Origin: an uncultured virus (IMG/VR IMGVR_UViG_3300028591_000111)
Taxonomy: Duplodnaviria; Heunggongvirae; Uroviricota; Caudoviricetes
DNA length: 64,000 nt
IMG/VR virus record: IMGVR_UViG_3300028591_000111
Reading direction: 5' to 3' (one strand)
Positions 18,697 to 27,199 of the stretch are shown piece after piece (the first letter of the stretch is position 1; every line of letters begins with the position of its first letter). The notes beneath the pieces were generated by a model. It made no database searches. It had not been told where the DNA came from and was given only the letters and a program-made list of their open reading frames with translations. A program made the position numbers and the translations under genes.

Positions 18697-18981
18697 CTAC
18701 AAAAAATCCCTTTTTCCTTTTAGTGTTATACGAAGTTCTCTATCCGTATAACAACTGCATTCTTTTTGCTTCGGCGTCGCCGTAAAAAAAACATGGTCGT
18801 AAATTTTATAGGTATATACTTTCCTGCCTCGGTGAAAAGGTCGCATGTTTGGGTATCTCTTTAATGCTTGTTCTGTCGCCATGTTACAATGCTTCTTAAT
18901 TAATCGTTGCTTATTATACTTGTTATGCTTTTTGTAATCATCCACAAGTTTACTATACAACTCGAAGTAACCCTTAGACAT
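18697..18981 (-). CDS. basic hypothetical protein (paralog of 5808..6071)
   Basis: FTATPKQKEC. Confidence 0.65.
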   Translation of the reverse strand: MSKGYFELYSKLVDDYKKHNKYNKQRLIKKHCNMATEQALKRYPNMRPFHRGRKVYTYKIYDHVFFTATPKQKECSCYTDRELRITLKGKRDFL

Positions 18982-18993
18982 TTTATATCTCCT

Positions 18994-19176
18994 TTAATCA
19001 TCCGAAATGTCTATAATGAATCCGCTTTCTTCTACAATAATATTCTTGTCCATATCCCACAACCAGTAATCCTCTAAGGTTGCACAACCGTCTCGATCCC
19101 CACGGTAATATCTAACGTAGATTTCCTTTTCTGGATCTACATCTTTCATCTTTTCCATCAATTCTTTAACTTTCAT
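18994..19176 (-). CDS. MKV(K/R)EL-family protein
   Basis: MKVKELMEKMKDVDPE. Confidence 0.72.
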   Translation of the reverse strand: MKVKELMEKMKDVDPEKEIYVRYYRGDRDGCATLEDYWLWDMDKNIIVEESGFIIDISDD

Positions 19177-19191
19177 TGTTAATTCTCCGTT

Positions 19192-19386
19192 TTACCAATC
19201 AACATTAATGTATAAGTAGCGCACCTCGCTGCCGTTTTGTATCTCCAAATCACTCACTTCATAATGCGTAGCATTATCTATTCTAAACGAGTGGAAGTCA
19301 GAATTGCGATCTGTTAAAATTATAATTTCTAAATTTTCATCAAACGATTTTAACTTCTCAATAAATTCTTTGACTTTCATAATCAC
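19192..19386 (-). CDS. MKV(K/R)EL-family protein
   Basis: MKVKEFIEKLKSFDEN. Confidence 0.72.
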   Translation of the reverse strand: MIMKVKEFIEKLKSFDENLEIIILTDRNSDFHSFRIDNATHYEVSDLEIQNGSEVRYLYINVDW

Positions 19387-19387
19387 C

Positions 19388-19684
19388 TCAAGTGTTCATA
19401 TAATCTTCTATCGGATCAGATAGGAATTTCCATTCTCCCCAAATTCCTTTTTTATCAGTTACACGACGCTGATATTCCATAATAGGAACATTGTCATAGT
19501 CTGCAAAATTATATTTTCCATTTGCTTTAAGCAAATGATTAAATTGAGCTTGATTAAAATCATGGTCAAATTTATCATTTCCAGAGAATACTTCTGATTC
19601 ATATTCAACGCCAATTACGTTGTCATAATCGTCTAAAAGAACCAATCTAAACTGCTGCATATCGCCGCCCCTTTTGATTACCAA
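19388..19684 (-). CDS. hypothetical protein
   Basis: ORF in array. Confidence 0.65.
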   Translation of the reverse strand: MVIKRGGDMQQFRLVLLDDYDNVIGVEYESEVFSGNDKFDHDFNQAQFNHLLKANGKYNFADYDNVPIMEYQRRVTDKKGIWGEWKFLSDPIEDYMNT

Positions 19685-19956
19685 TACCCTTTTGTTTTAA
19701 AGATTAAGCTGTTACTGAAGATACGGCCATTGTAAAAACTAATGCGTGTACTCCATTCCACCTTGTTCAAATCTCTGCACCATATTCTTAATCTTAGCCT
19801 AACAACATAACCAATATGCTCTTTGCTATATTGCTCTGCATACGCAATAGCATCATCCTCATCCGATTTTTTGAAATGGATGTACTCATACTTAATGTTT
19901 GGTGTGTCCATCTCTGATCTTTTAAAGATCATCAGGCAATACCGAAACTTTTTCAT
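19678..19956 (-). CDS. hypothetical protein
   Basis: ORF in array. Confidence 0.65.
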   Translation of the reverse strand: MKKFRYCLMIFKRSEMDTPNIKYEYIHFKKSDEDDAIAYAEQYSKEHIGYVVRLRLRIWCRDLNKVEWSTRISFYNGRIFSNSLIFKTKGYW

Positions 19957-20402
19957 AACTTAACTCCGTCTAAAATTGTACAAACGTCGCCTGTATCTAC
20001 CCAGCCATCTATTTCGTTGTCTATTACATTAGACATATCCTCAAGTTCAACGAAGTGCCTTATTCCTGACTCTTCCTTTATAACAGCGGGTACTGCCATC
20101 GAAAATGTATCGCTCACTTCTGCCATAACAATAACCCCAAGATTATTTAAACCATATTCACAATCTTTTACGGGATGTCGCCAAAGATCATTAGAGTTTA
20201 AATATCTTTCTATTTCATCATAGTTACACCAAGCCTGCACATCTTTTAATACTTCAAAAACAAATTTATCCAAATTAATGAATTTCCCGTCTTTTAAAAC
20301 ACAGTCAGCGACCTCTCCCCTGCCAAACTGATCTATATATTTAACAAGGTAATAAGGATTCGTTGTTATAGCAATTGGTTCGTTTAAGCTATGCCATCTC
20401 AT
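19953..20402 (-). CDS. tandem double DUF551-like protein
   Basis: MRWH...VQAWC then LWRHP...IDGWV. Confidence 0.7.
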   Translation of the reverse strand: MRWHSLNEPIAITTNPYYLVKYIDQFGRGEVADCVLKDGKFINLDKFVFEVLKDVQAWCNYDEIERYLNSNDLWRHPVKDCEYGLNNLGVIVMAEVSDTFSMAVPAVIKEESGIRHFVELEDMSNVIDNEIDGWVDTGDVCTILDGVKL

Positions 20403-20411
20403 AATAATTCC

Positions 20412-20657
20412 TTATTGTACGCCGTGTTCTAATGATTCCAGAATATCATTAAAACTGCACCAACGACAGACAGTGAAATCATTATTTGTGCAGTCTGGTC
20501 TAAAGTGTTTCCCGTCATAGTGATAATCCATAAAAGGAATAAATAGACCATCACCACAATATCGCATCAACTTTACACACCAAGCATGATCTAGCTCACA
20601 AATACAGAATGTTCCTTCCTGCGGATATTCATTATCCCCAATATAATGCCATCTCAT
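20412..20657 (-). CDS. DUF551-like protein
   Basis: MRWHYIGDNEYP...VCRWC. Confidence 0.7.
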   Translation of the reverse strand: MRWHYIGDNEYPQEGTFCICELDHAWCVKLMRYCGDGLFIPFMDYHYDGKHFRPDCTNNDFTVCRWCSFNDILESLEHGVQ

Positions 20658-20687
20658 AATTCTTTACTCTCCTATACCATTACTTCA

Positions 20688-21395
20688 TCAGGATTTATTC
20701 CAAGTGCTTTTTTTAGGTATTAAGTCATCAAAGTGGATTTCTGAATGACGAAGTTTTGAGGCATCAGGAAAGTCGAAGCAGCAAGGGACGACACCTGAAC
20801 TGCAAAACACCTTTATATCTAAACAGCCTTTAAAAGAATACCACGTCAAGTCGAGTAATGACATGAAACATCCTCTGAAAAACTCTCCATCAGAGGAAAA
20901 GTCTGTGTTGTTCATGTCGTTATACAAGTCAACAATCACACGATAAGGCGTAAGATCTCCAACCTTAATACGTTCCGCAAACTCTTGAGCGAGGAAGTAC
21001 ATTTCACACTCCCACTGTTCTGCGCTTTCAAAGTGAAGAAGATCGATGTCCCATGACCAACACTGCATAAAGTCTTTTGTGTCGTTATGAAGATACCTAT
21101 CAATCAGACACTTGAAAAAACTTTTCCACACAATGCGGGAAGGAACTAAGAATCGTGAGTCTTTTGAACACTGTGCATAAAATGAGGCTTGTATGAAGTC
21201 TGCCCTTGTTTTGTATGAAGAAGACATATTCGAGCCGTAAATCAGATGAGTGTCACATGCTGACTGCATAACCTCAGACATACACATATCTTTAAGCTCT
21301 GTCTGTGATGGGTGAAACCATACGAGACGTGAAGTACATACAGTCTCCGAGCAGAGTTCATTAATTCTGTAGTCAATTAACTTCGAGCGTTTCAT
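20688..21395 (-). CDS. hypothetical protein, possibly recently inserted
   Basis: 235-aa ORF preceded by a truncated MRWH stub. Confidence 0.7.
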   Translation of the reverse strand: MKRSKLIDYRINELCSETVCTSRLVWFHPSQTELKDMCMSEVMQSACDTHLIYGSNMSSSYKTRADFIQASFYAQCSKDSRFLVPSRIVWKSFFKCLIDRYLHNDTKDFMQCWSWDIDLLHFESAEQWECEMYFLAQEFAERIKVGDLTPYRVIVDLYNDMNNTDFSSDGEFFRGCFMSLLDLTWYSFKGCLDIKVFCSSGVVPCCFDFPDASKLRHSEIHFDDLIPKKSTWNKS

Positions 21396-21444
21396 AACAA
21401 TACATCTTACCTCTGTTGTTTAATGTAGTCCGCGAAATGCCATC

Positions 21445-21720
21445 TCATAGATTATTCTCCTTTCTTTGTAATTCCTCATAAACATCTGTTATGTAACACC
21501 ATGCAACAACGTTAATCCATGTCAAAGATCCTTGATCGGCGTCGAAGCCATCATCATCATAAAAAGAGACAGCAAAAGTTTTGTGGTTATAGTCTTTATC
21601 ATCGTCATAAGATGAATAGCCTGTCTTTAAAACATCTCCGTCGGCACACTTAACAATTATGTCTGCATACCATTTCGGGTAATCATCATCTTTCAAATAA
21701 CGCCAGTTCATTTCACACAA
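21445..21720 (-). CDS. DUF551-like protein
   Basis: MNWRYLKDDDYP...VVAWC. Confidence 0.7.
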   Translation of the reverse strand: MCEMNWRYLKDDDYPKWYADIIVKCADGDVLKTGYSSYDDDKDYNHKTFAVSFYDDDGFDADQGSLTWINVVAWCYITDVYEELQRKENNL

Positions 21721-21723
21721 TCC

Positions 21724-22035
21724 TTATTCTAAGTCGCTTAACGGATATACTGCATGAATGTCGTGCATCATACACTCGAATGAGCAATAAAGCCCGCATG
21801 GTTGCGAATAAACTTCTGATTTAAAGTCTAACTCTTTGCCGCAGTGCGAACACCGATTATCTTTGTGTACGCCAACTTCAAATGTTTCAATGAAACACTC
21901 TTTGCAATAGAATCTGAAATCAGTACCAGTACATCCGAATGAAGCGCCAAACGTGGCATATTCCTCTGCACACTCAGCCAGCTTGCCGCACGAACAACAT
22001 TTGTATTCTTGTTCATCCATAATCACCACCAACAA
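21724..22035 (-). CDS. double zinc-finger protein
   Basis: CCSC..YCKEC; CSHC..YCSFEC. Confidence 0.7.
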   Translation of the reverse strand: MLVVIMDEQEYKCCSCGKLAECAEEYATFGASFGCTGTDFRFYCKECFIETFEVGVHKDNRCSHCGKELDFKSEVYSQPCGLYCSFECMMHDIHAVYPLSDLE

Positions 22036-22421
22036 TGAATAACCATAGAAGAATTATCCCAGTCGAAAGTTTTTAATTGTTCACTTGCCCAGCGATAGGC
22101 TTCTTCTAAATCTTCCCAATACTCTGGATAATATGCCGTGCTGCCACCAAAGAATACCTCTTTTGTTCTAAGCCTTGGATTTATAGGCTCTATCTCCGCA
22201 ACCTCAATTATTTCATCGGTCTGAATTTTTATCCGATCTTTATATTGAACAAGCTCGCATTTTAAGTCAGCAGCAAATTCTGCCAACATATCTTTTGTTA
22301 TTTCAACATCTACTGTGTTTTGTTCTTCTTCAATGTCAAAATAAGTCAGAAAGAAATTTCTTTTTCTGAAATATCCTATTTCTTTTCTTTTTACTTCATA
22401 GAATGTTACGTCCAGTCCCAT
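22023..22421 (-). CDS. conserved phage 'MGLD...YxRK.N' family protein
   Basis: MGLDVTFY...IGYFRKRN...WW. Confidence 0.75.
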   Translation of the reverse strand: MGLDVTFYEVKRKEIGYFRKRNFFLTYFDIEEEQNTVDVEITKDMLAEFAADLKCELVQYKDRIKIQTDEIIEVAEIEPINPRLRTKEVFFGGSTAYYPEYWEDLEEAYRWASEQLKTFDWDNSSMVIHCWW

Positions 22422-22448
22422 TGCGAAATCTCCTGCGTTAATGAACTA

Positions 22449-22799
22449 CTAAATAGCAGTTTCAATGTTCTCACGTTTAGCCTCGTTTTCTATATCCTCA
22501 GACATATTACGAACAATGCGTTTTTTCATACATTCTTTAGAGCAAAATATTTCTGTGATGTGTGTTTCACGTACAGGGGATAACCATATATTCGTCTGCG
22601 GGTGACGCTGAGATTCTTCTTCATATCCAAGAAGTTTGCCGCATTCAGCACAACGAACTTCATAAAAAAATTTATCTGCAATATCATCTAAACAATCTTT
22701 ACAAATGCCATAGCCATCAAAGCAATCAAAGCACATTTCTTTATCATGACATCGAACACAAAGGCTTTTATCCAAATCTTTCAATAATTTGTCGCACAT
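22449..22799 (-). CDS. zinc-finger protein
   Basis: Multiple CxxC; FCSKEC. Confidence 0.7.
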   Translation of the reverse strand: MCDKLLKDLDKSLCVRCHDKEMCFDCFDGYGICKDCLDDIADKFFYEVRCAECGKLLGYEEESQRHPQTNIWLSPVRETHITEIFCSKECMKKRIVRNMSEDIENEAKRENIETAI

Positions 22800-22813
22800 A
22801 TTCTAATCCTCCT

Positions 22814-23068
22814 CTAAACCTCACCAAAATCGATCCAAGACGCACCAGTTCCAAAATGTTCAAGCAAATATCTCAAGCGTTCAGCTTTTACAGCTTCTTT
22901 AGAATTTAGTTGCTTGTCTATTTCTTCTTTGCGGTGCTGCATATAATGTTCCTCGCAATAAGGTTTATACTCAATCGAAACGCATCTATGTTCAACAAAT
23001 GTTTTGCGTTCAACGATACAATCAGCCTGCTTATCGCACAAACAGCATTTGCATTCTTGCTCATCCAT
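22814..23068 (-). CDS. zinc-finger protein (paralog of 21724 N-terminus)
   Basis: MDEQECKCCLC...YCEEH. Confidence 0.68.
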   Translation of the reverse strand: MDEQECKCCLCDKQADCIVERKTFVEHRCVSIEYKPYCEEHYMQHRKEEIDKQLNSKEAVKAERLRYLLEHFGTGASWIDFGEV

Positions 23069-23083
23069 GGCAACCTCGCATGA

Positions 23084-23374
23084 TTATTTAAGGTTGTTAT
23101 CCACCCAGTTTAGAAAGCTCTTTGTCGAATTCTGGTTACTGCTGTCGAAGTTATGGCAAAGATCGACATCACCCTCTTTGCGGTTTAACACACCAAAACG
23201 AACAAAACGATCTTTACGAGCATTCATACGGGAATAATACTCTTTGGCATCCTCAAATCGACGAAACTCTTTTGATTCCTCGAAGTTGTGACTGCCATTA
23301 AGATTCTCAACGATAACCTGATAAGGCTTCGCACATGGCGCAACACACCACGGATTTTTCTGCCATTTCTTCAT
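23084..23374 (-). CDS. hypothetical protein
   Basis: ORF in array. Confidence 0.65.
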   Translation of the reverse strand: MKKWQKNPWCVAPCAKPYQVIVENLNGSHNFEESKEFRRFEDAKEYYSRMNARKDRFVRFGVLNRKEGDVDLCHNFDSSNQNSTKSFLNWVDNNLK

Positions 23375-23377
23375 TGT

Positions 23378-23614
23378 TCAACCCCCGACAACTTTATATG
23401 TGGTTGACACCTCAAAGATCTTAAACGTGTCAGGAAACGCCATTTTAAGTTCTAACGTTTCCGCCATCGCCTTTTGAAAAGATTTATAACGGACGCTGTG
23501 TGTGCCGCCCCAAGGTTCGTACTCGTCATAAGGCATGTTCCTTCTGTGTACACAAATGATATACCTTTTATCCTCGTTCGCACTGCTTTCAAGAATTTTT
23601 GTTTTCATTCTCAC
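23378..23614 (-). CDS. hypothetical protein
   Basis: ORF in array. Confidence 0.62.
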   Translation of the reverse strand: MRMKTKILESSANEDKRYIICVHRRNMPYDEYEPWGGTHSVRYKSFQKAMAETLELKMAFPDTFKIFEVSTTYKVVGG

Positions 23615-23627
23615 ATTCTCCTTTGCT

Positions 23628-24113
23628 TTATTCTTTGTCTTGTTGGCGCACTATATCTTTTATTCGTTCAAAATCTCTCGCAGATAAACAACCGCAAGAC
23701 ACAACGAATCCATTAGTCAGCTCATCTATACGGACATCCTTATACTTTCCGCAATAGCACTTGCATCGAAAGCGACGACGTTTATTTCCTTTAGGATCTC
23801 GATATGGCTTAATTTCTTTTTCGATTTTTAGAACGCCGAACTGTCGCCCGATAAAGTCTTCTGCATTTTTATTTGGCGTGTCTCGCTTTGTACGCCTAAT
23901 TTTTCTCGCAATGCAGCCACATGACTTTGTAATGCCATTTTTTAAATTGGTTGACCTAACGACACACTTTTTGCCGCAATCACATTTACAATGCCATGCA
24001 ACAACTTTTCTGCCTGATTTCTCGATAATGTCATCGGCACGATCAATAACAGTCAATTTACCAAACCGCAGTCCAGTCAAATCGACAAAAGATGGATGAG
24101 TTCTTTTTAGCAT
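23628..24113 (-). CDS. G.RFG.L.V/CxCDCG/SCGC repeat protein (2 repeats)
   Basis: DLTGLRFGKLTV...CKCDCG...KSCGC, twice. Confidence 0.75.
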   Translation of the reverse strand: MLKRTHPSFVDLTGLRFGKLTVIDRADDIIEKSGRKVVAWHCKCDCGKKCVVRSTNLKNGITKSCGCIARKIRRTKRDTPNKNAEDFIGRQFGVLKIEKEIKPYRDPKGNKRRRFRCKCYCGKYKDVRIDELTNGFVVSCGCLSARDFERIKDIVRQQDKE

Positions 24114-24159
24114 GACAAAATTTTTCCGTTAAAAGCCTGCAACATAGCTGGCTTGTCTT

Positions 24160-24236
24160 TAGCTGACAGAAGCACCCTGCCAGCTTTCGGAGTTACTTTT
24201 AACACACAACAAAATGTGTGTCAACAAAAATTTGAC
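24160..24236 (-). promoter_or_regulatory. TTGACA promoter with GTCAA-N7-TTGAC palindrome (24220-24236) and AGCTG/CAGCT leader hairpin
   Basis: Read directly. Confidence 0.62.
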
Positions 24237-24242
24237 TTTTTT

Positions 24243-24701
24243 TTATTTTTCGCCTGTCGAACCGAATCCGCCAATGCCACGCACCGTCTCAGACAAATAA
24301 TCGCGCTTAACAAAATGAGCTTTTGTCACCTTTACCAACATGCCTTGTGCAATGCGTTGACCTTTTTCAATCGTGATTTCCTCGTCGCCAAAATAAATCA
24401 ACGGAACTTTAATCTCTCCGCGATAATCAGAATCAATCACCCCAACGGAATTTGGAATAATCAGCTTTTTAAGTCCCAACGACGAACGAGCAAAAACCAA
24501 CATGCACCATCCACGCGGTATTTCACACTTAACACCTGTCCCCATCACATAAAGTTCATCTTTCGTATAAGTGTGCGTCGTCGAAGCCTGAAAGTCAAAG
24601 CACGCAGAACCGTCTGTCTTATATTCTGGCAGATACCCAGCGATGATGCCTACCGTCTTTTTTGCAATGTTTAACAGTTTATCAATTACCATAACAATCA
24701 A
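24243..24701 (-). CDS. dut: trimeric dUTPase
   Basis: GSACFD, RSSLG, GVIDSDYRGEI, RIAQG, RG.GGFGSTG (motifs I-V). Confidence 0.95.
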   Translation of the reverse strand: MIVMVIDKLLNIAKKTVGIIAGYLPEYKTDGSACFDFQASTTHTYTKDELYVMGTGVKCEIPRGWCMLVFARSSLGLKKLIIPNSVGVIDSDYRGEIKVPLIYFGDEEITIEKGQRIAQGMLVKVTKAHFVKRDYLSETVRGIGGFGSTGEK

Positions 24702-24976
24702 TCCTTCTTAGGCTGAACATCTTTGTGATACTCATAGCTGGCGAGATTACGCAAATCCTCGTTCAGATTTTCAGAACACACAGACTGCTTGCACTCTGGC
24801 ATGTCGCTTAACGAAATTTGATGATATCCACATGACACTTCAGGATAATTAGGACACGTCGCTTTAATGTTCAAGCTCACAGGCTTGTCATTCGATTTCA
24901 CGACATCAATCGAAATAATCTCGCCACCAAGATCAAGCCCATCCTGAATCCCGCAATATAGGTCTTCAACTTTCAT
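24698..24976 (-). CDS. hypothetical protein
   Basis: ORF with GGAG SD. Confidence 0.65.
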   Translation of the reverse strand: MKVEDLYCGIQDGLDLGGEIISIDVVKSNDKPVSLNIKATCPNYPEVSCGYHQISLSDMPECKQSVCSENLNEDLRNLASYEYHKDVQPKKD

Positions 24977-25019
24977 AATTTTCTCCTTATTATTTCTTAT
25001 GCTTCATAGGAATAGACTT

Positions 25020-25250
25020 CTAAGAAATCAAACTCGCCTCAAGTCTCGCAATTAGATGTTCCGTCAACATGTTTAAGTTTGACAGATTTTCCAAGTCTTT
25101 ATCTGACATCTCTTTTGCAATATTTTCTGCATACAATTCGTTGTCGTCAATAAAGCCCTTCAAAGCAATCACAATCAAATCCAACTCGCTTTTGCTAAGA
25201 TCTACCTGCATAGCAAACCCCTCAAAATATCTCCGTTGTCCAGCTCCCAT
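25020..25250 (-). CDS. hypothetical protein
   Basis: ORF; start probably MQVDL. Confidence 0.6.
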   Translation of the reverse strand: MGAGQRRYFEGFAMQVDLSKSELDLIVIALKGFIDDNELYAENIAKEMSDKDLENLSNLNMLTEHLIARLEASLIS

Positions 25251-25614
25251 CGTCGAGCGTATAATGCACGACTTTTATTCCAAACGTCTTTATTATTTTT
25301 GAACACATAGGGCATGGCCGAGAGAAGCAACTTGTTTTCCCGCGACGACACACCCAAAGTTCGCACTTATGCAAGATATTGTGATGCCGACCAATCGCAC
25401 GCATAATCGCAACAGACTCGGCGTGCAATCCCTTTAAATCGTTATAAACACGCGTAAAGTCGTTTTTCAAATTAACATTGATGCCAGACGAAATAACAGC
25501 ATTGTTATATGTCAGCACACATGCGTGTCTTTGCTTATGAGCAAACGTGTTTTGTTTTGTCGCCAAATCCTCGCACAATTCCTGCACATAACGCTCAAAC
25601 ACGCTTCTGTTCAT
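25222..25614 (-). CDS. cytidine/deoxycytidylate deaminase-family Zn protein
   Basis: HAE...PCPMC motif. Confidence 0.85.
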   Translation of the reverse strand: MNRSVFERYVQELCEDLATKQNTFAHKQRHACVLTYNNAVISSGINVNLKNDFTRVYNDLKGLHAESVAIMRAIGRHHNILHKCELWVCRRGKTSCFSRPCPMCSKIIKTFGIKVVHYTLDDGSWTTEIF

Positions 25615-26239
25615 TTCGCTTTCTCTTATTCAAAATTTCAAGCACCTGCGGCGTCGGTTTAACAACAAAGCTGTCATCATCATCCAAATACCAAGAATAC
25701 CCCTTGGCAGATAAAGACAACTCTGTTCTAAACAGCGCTTTTGCATCACGATCTTTCCAAGCACGGTCTAATGCTGCCGACATAAAATTCTCAAAAAACG
25801 AAAATGCTTTTTGCTGCGTATCGTTGTCAGAAATGTTATTGACGGAATTGCCTGCTTTTATCTCTATTTCTTTTTCACAAACCTTTTTGAGCTTGTGCAA
25901 TTCATGGCACTTTTTCAAAAATTCAATTCTATTCTCATTCTTAGGCTTTTCCATATTCTCAATGCTTTCTTTTTTATCACACACACAAATTCTATTCTGC
26001 TTTGGTTCGCCGACATATTCAACCCTAGGCTTGCCACTCACATCTGCATAAACCCAACAAACATAACCATCCTTGTTTAATTCTTTTATGCCAATAACTT
26101 TATAGCCATTTAGCTGATTCTTTACGAGATGCACCGCCCCATTCACAGCATTCTTTAAATTATCATATTTGCGCAGCCGCCTATGCGCCCATACTGCCAT
26201 GAATACCGTTCCATCCTTAGATGCGTCCAATGCAAACAT
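25595..26239 (-). CDS. hypothetical protein
   Basis: 214-aa ORF with SD. Confidence 0.7.
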   Translation of the reverse strand: MFALDASKDGTVFMAVWAHRRLRKYDNLKNAVNGAVHLVKNQLNGYKVIGIKELNKDGYVCWVYADVSGKPRVEYVGEPKQNRICVCDKKESIENMEKPKNENRIEFLKKCHELHKLKKVCEKEIEIKAGNSVNNISDNDTQQKAFSFFENFMSAALDRAWKDRDAKALFRTELSLSAKGYSWYLDDDDSFVVKPTPQVLEILNKRKRNEQKRV

Positions 26240-26257
26240 GTGTGTTCTCCTTTTTTG

Positions 26258-27196
26258 TTAGTTGATGCAGTCTTTTATGATTCTTTGATATTGCAAAGAA
26301 TCGTACATTTCAAAAAACTTCCATACCACAATATGATCATTCAAGCAATAATTGTTTTCAGATGGTATAAATTCATTTTTTAAAAATTCGTGATGCACTG
26401 CGTCTATAAGCATTTTACTGTATAAAAACATAAAATGACCATCAATCACATCATAGACGATCCATCCATTGGGAAATCGATCTTTAAGCATGACTGCGAA
26501 ATAATAACAATTCCCGCTGACCCATTGTGGATCATTCTTTGATGTCGGAAATCTGCGTTCCACGAACTCTATAACATCAGCCATCACAGGTTTGCTCATT
26601 AGTTTTTCAACTTGATCTTTTGTTAGTTGTTTATAGTCTGATAAAACATCCAAAGAATTTTTGTTTTTCTTTGCATACTCGCAATTTGATTTACTCTTTA
26701 CGATTTCTTTCTTCTTTTTTTCTACTTTCCAAATATCATTCAAAACTTCTGAATTTTCTTTGTTTATAATATCATGCTGAATAACTGTTTTCTTACTTCT
26801 ATGTTTTCCACATGATGTTGATATTCCTCGTCTTAAGTTTTTTAAAAACGGAGTAACCAACTTTCCACAATCGCATTGACACAAAACTTTTCTATGTCGG
26901 CTTTGATTGTTATCATCTTTGTCTGGTGCTAATTCTTTTATTACTACAAGTTGTCCAAATCGCTTTCCAATAAGTTCGTCATCATTACGCTGTGCGCAAC
27001 ATTTACACATGATTTTATAGTCAGGATTATTCACGTTCGCAGGTACTATCTTGCTTTTTACAATCGTCTCAATCCGTTTACCACATTTCTGACAACACAC
27101 AATAACCTTGTCTAATGCCTTCAATTTTCCTTCTTTTGCTAACTCTTTGTCAGAATCAGACTCCAAAGCATCAATAAACCAAGTCGGCAATTTCAT
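26258..27196 (-). CDS. modular protein: Zn ribbon + one G.RFG repeat + C-terminal G.C..FA..L...H domain
   Basis: CQKCG; IGKRFGQLVV...CQCDCG...SCG; SGNCYYFAVMLKDRFP...DGHF. Confidence 0.72.
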   Translation of the reverse strand: MKLPTWFIDALESDSDKELAKEGKLKALDKVIVCCQKCGKRIETIVKSKIVPANVNNPDYKIMCKCCAQRNDDELIGKRFGQLVVIKELAPDKDDNNQSRHRKVLCQCDCGKLVTPFLKNLRRGISTSCGKHRSKKTVIQHDIINKENSEVLNDIWKVEKKKKEIVKSKSNCEYAKKNKNSLDVLSDYKQLTKDQVEKLMSKPVMADVIEFVERRFPTSKNDPQWVSGNCYYFAVMLKDRFPNGWIVYDVIDGHFMFLYSKMLIDAVHHEFLKNEFIPSENNYCLNDHIVVWKFFEMYDSLQYQRIIKDCIN

Positions 27197-27199
27197 ATC

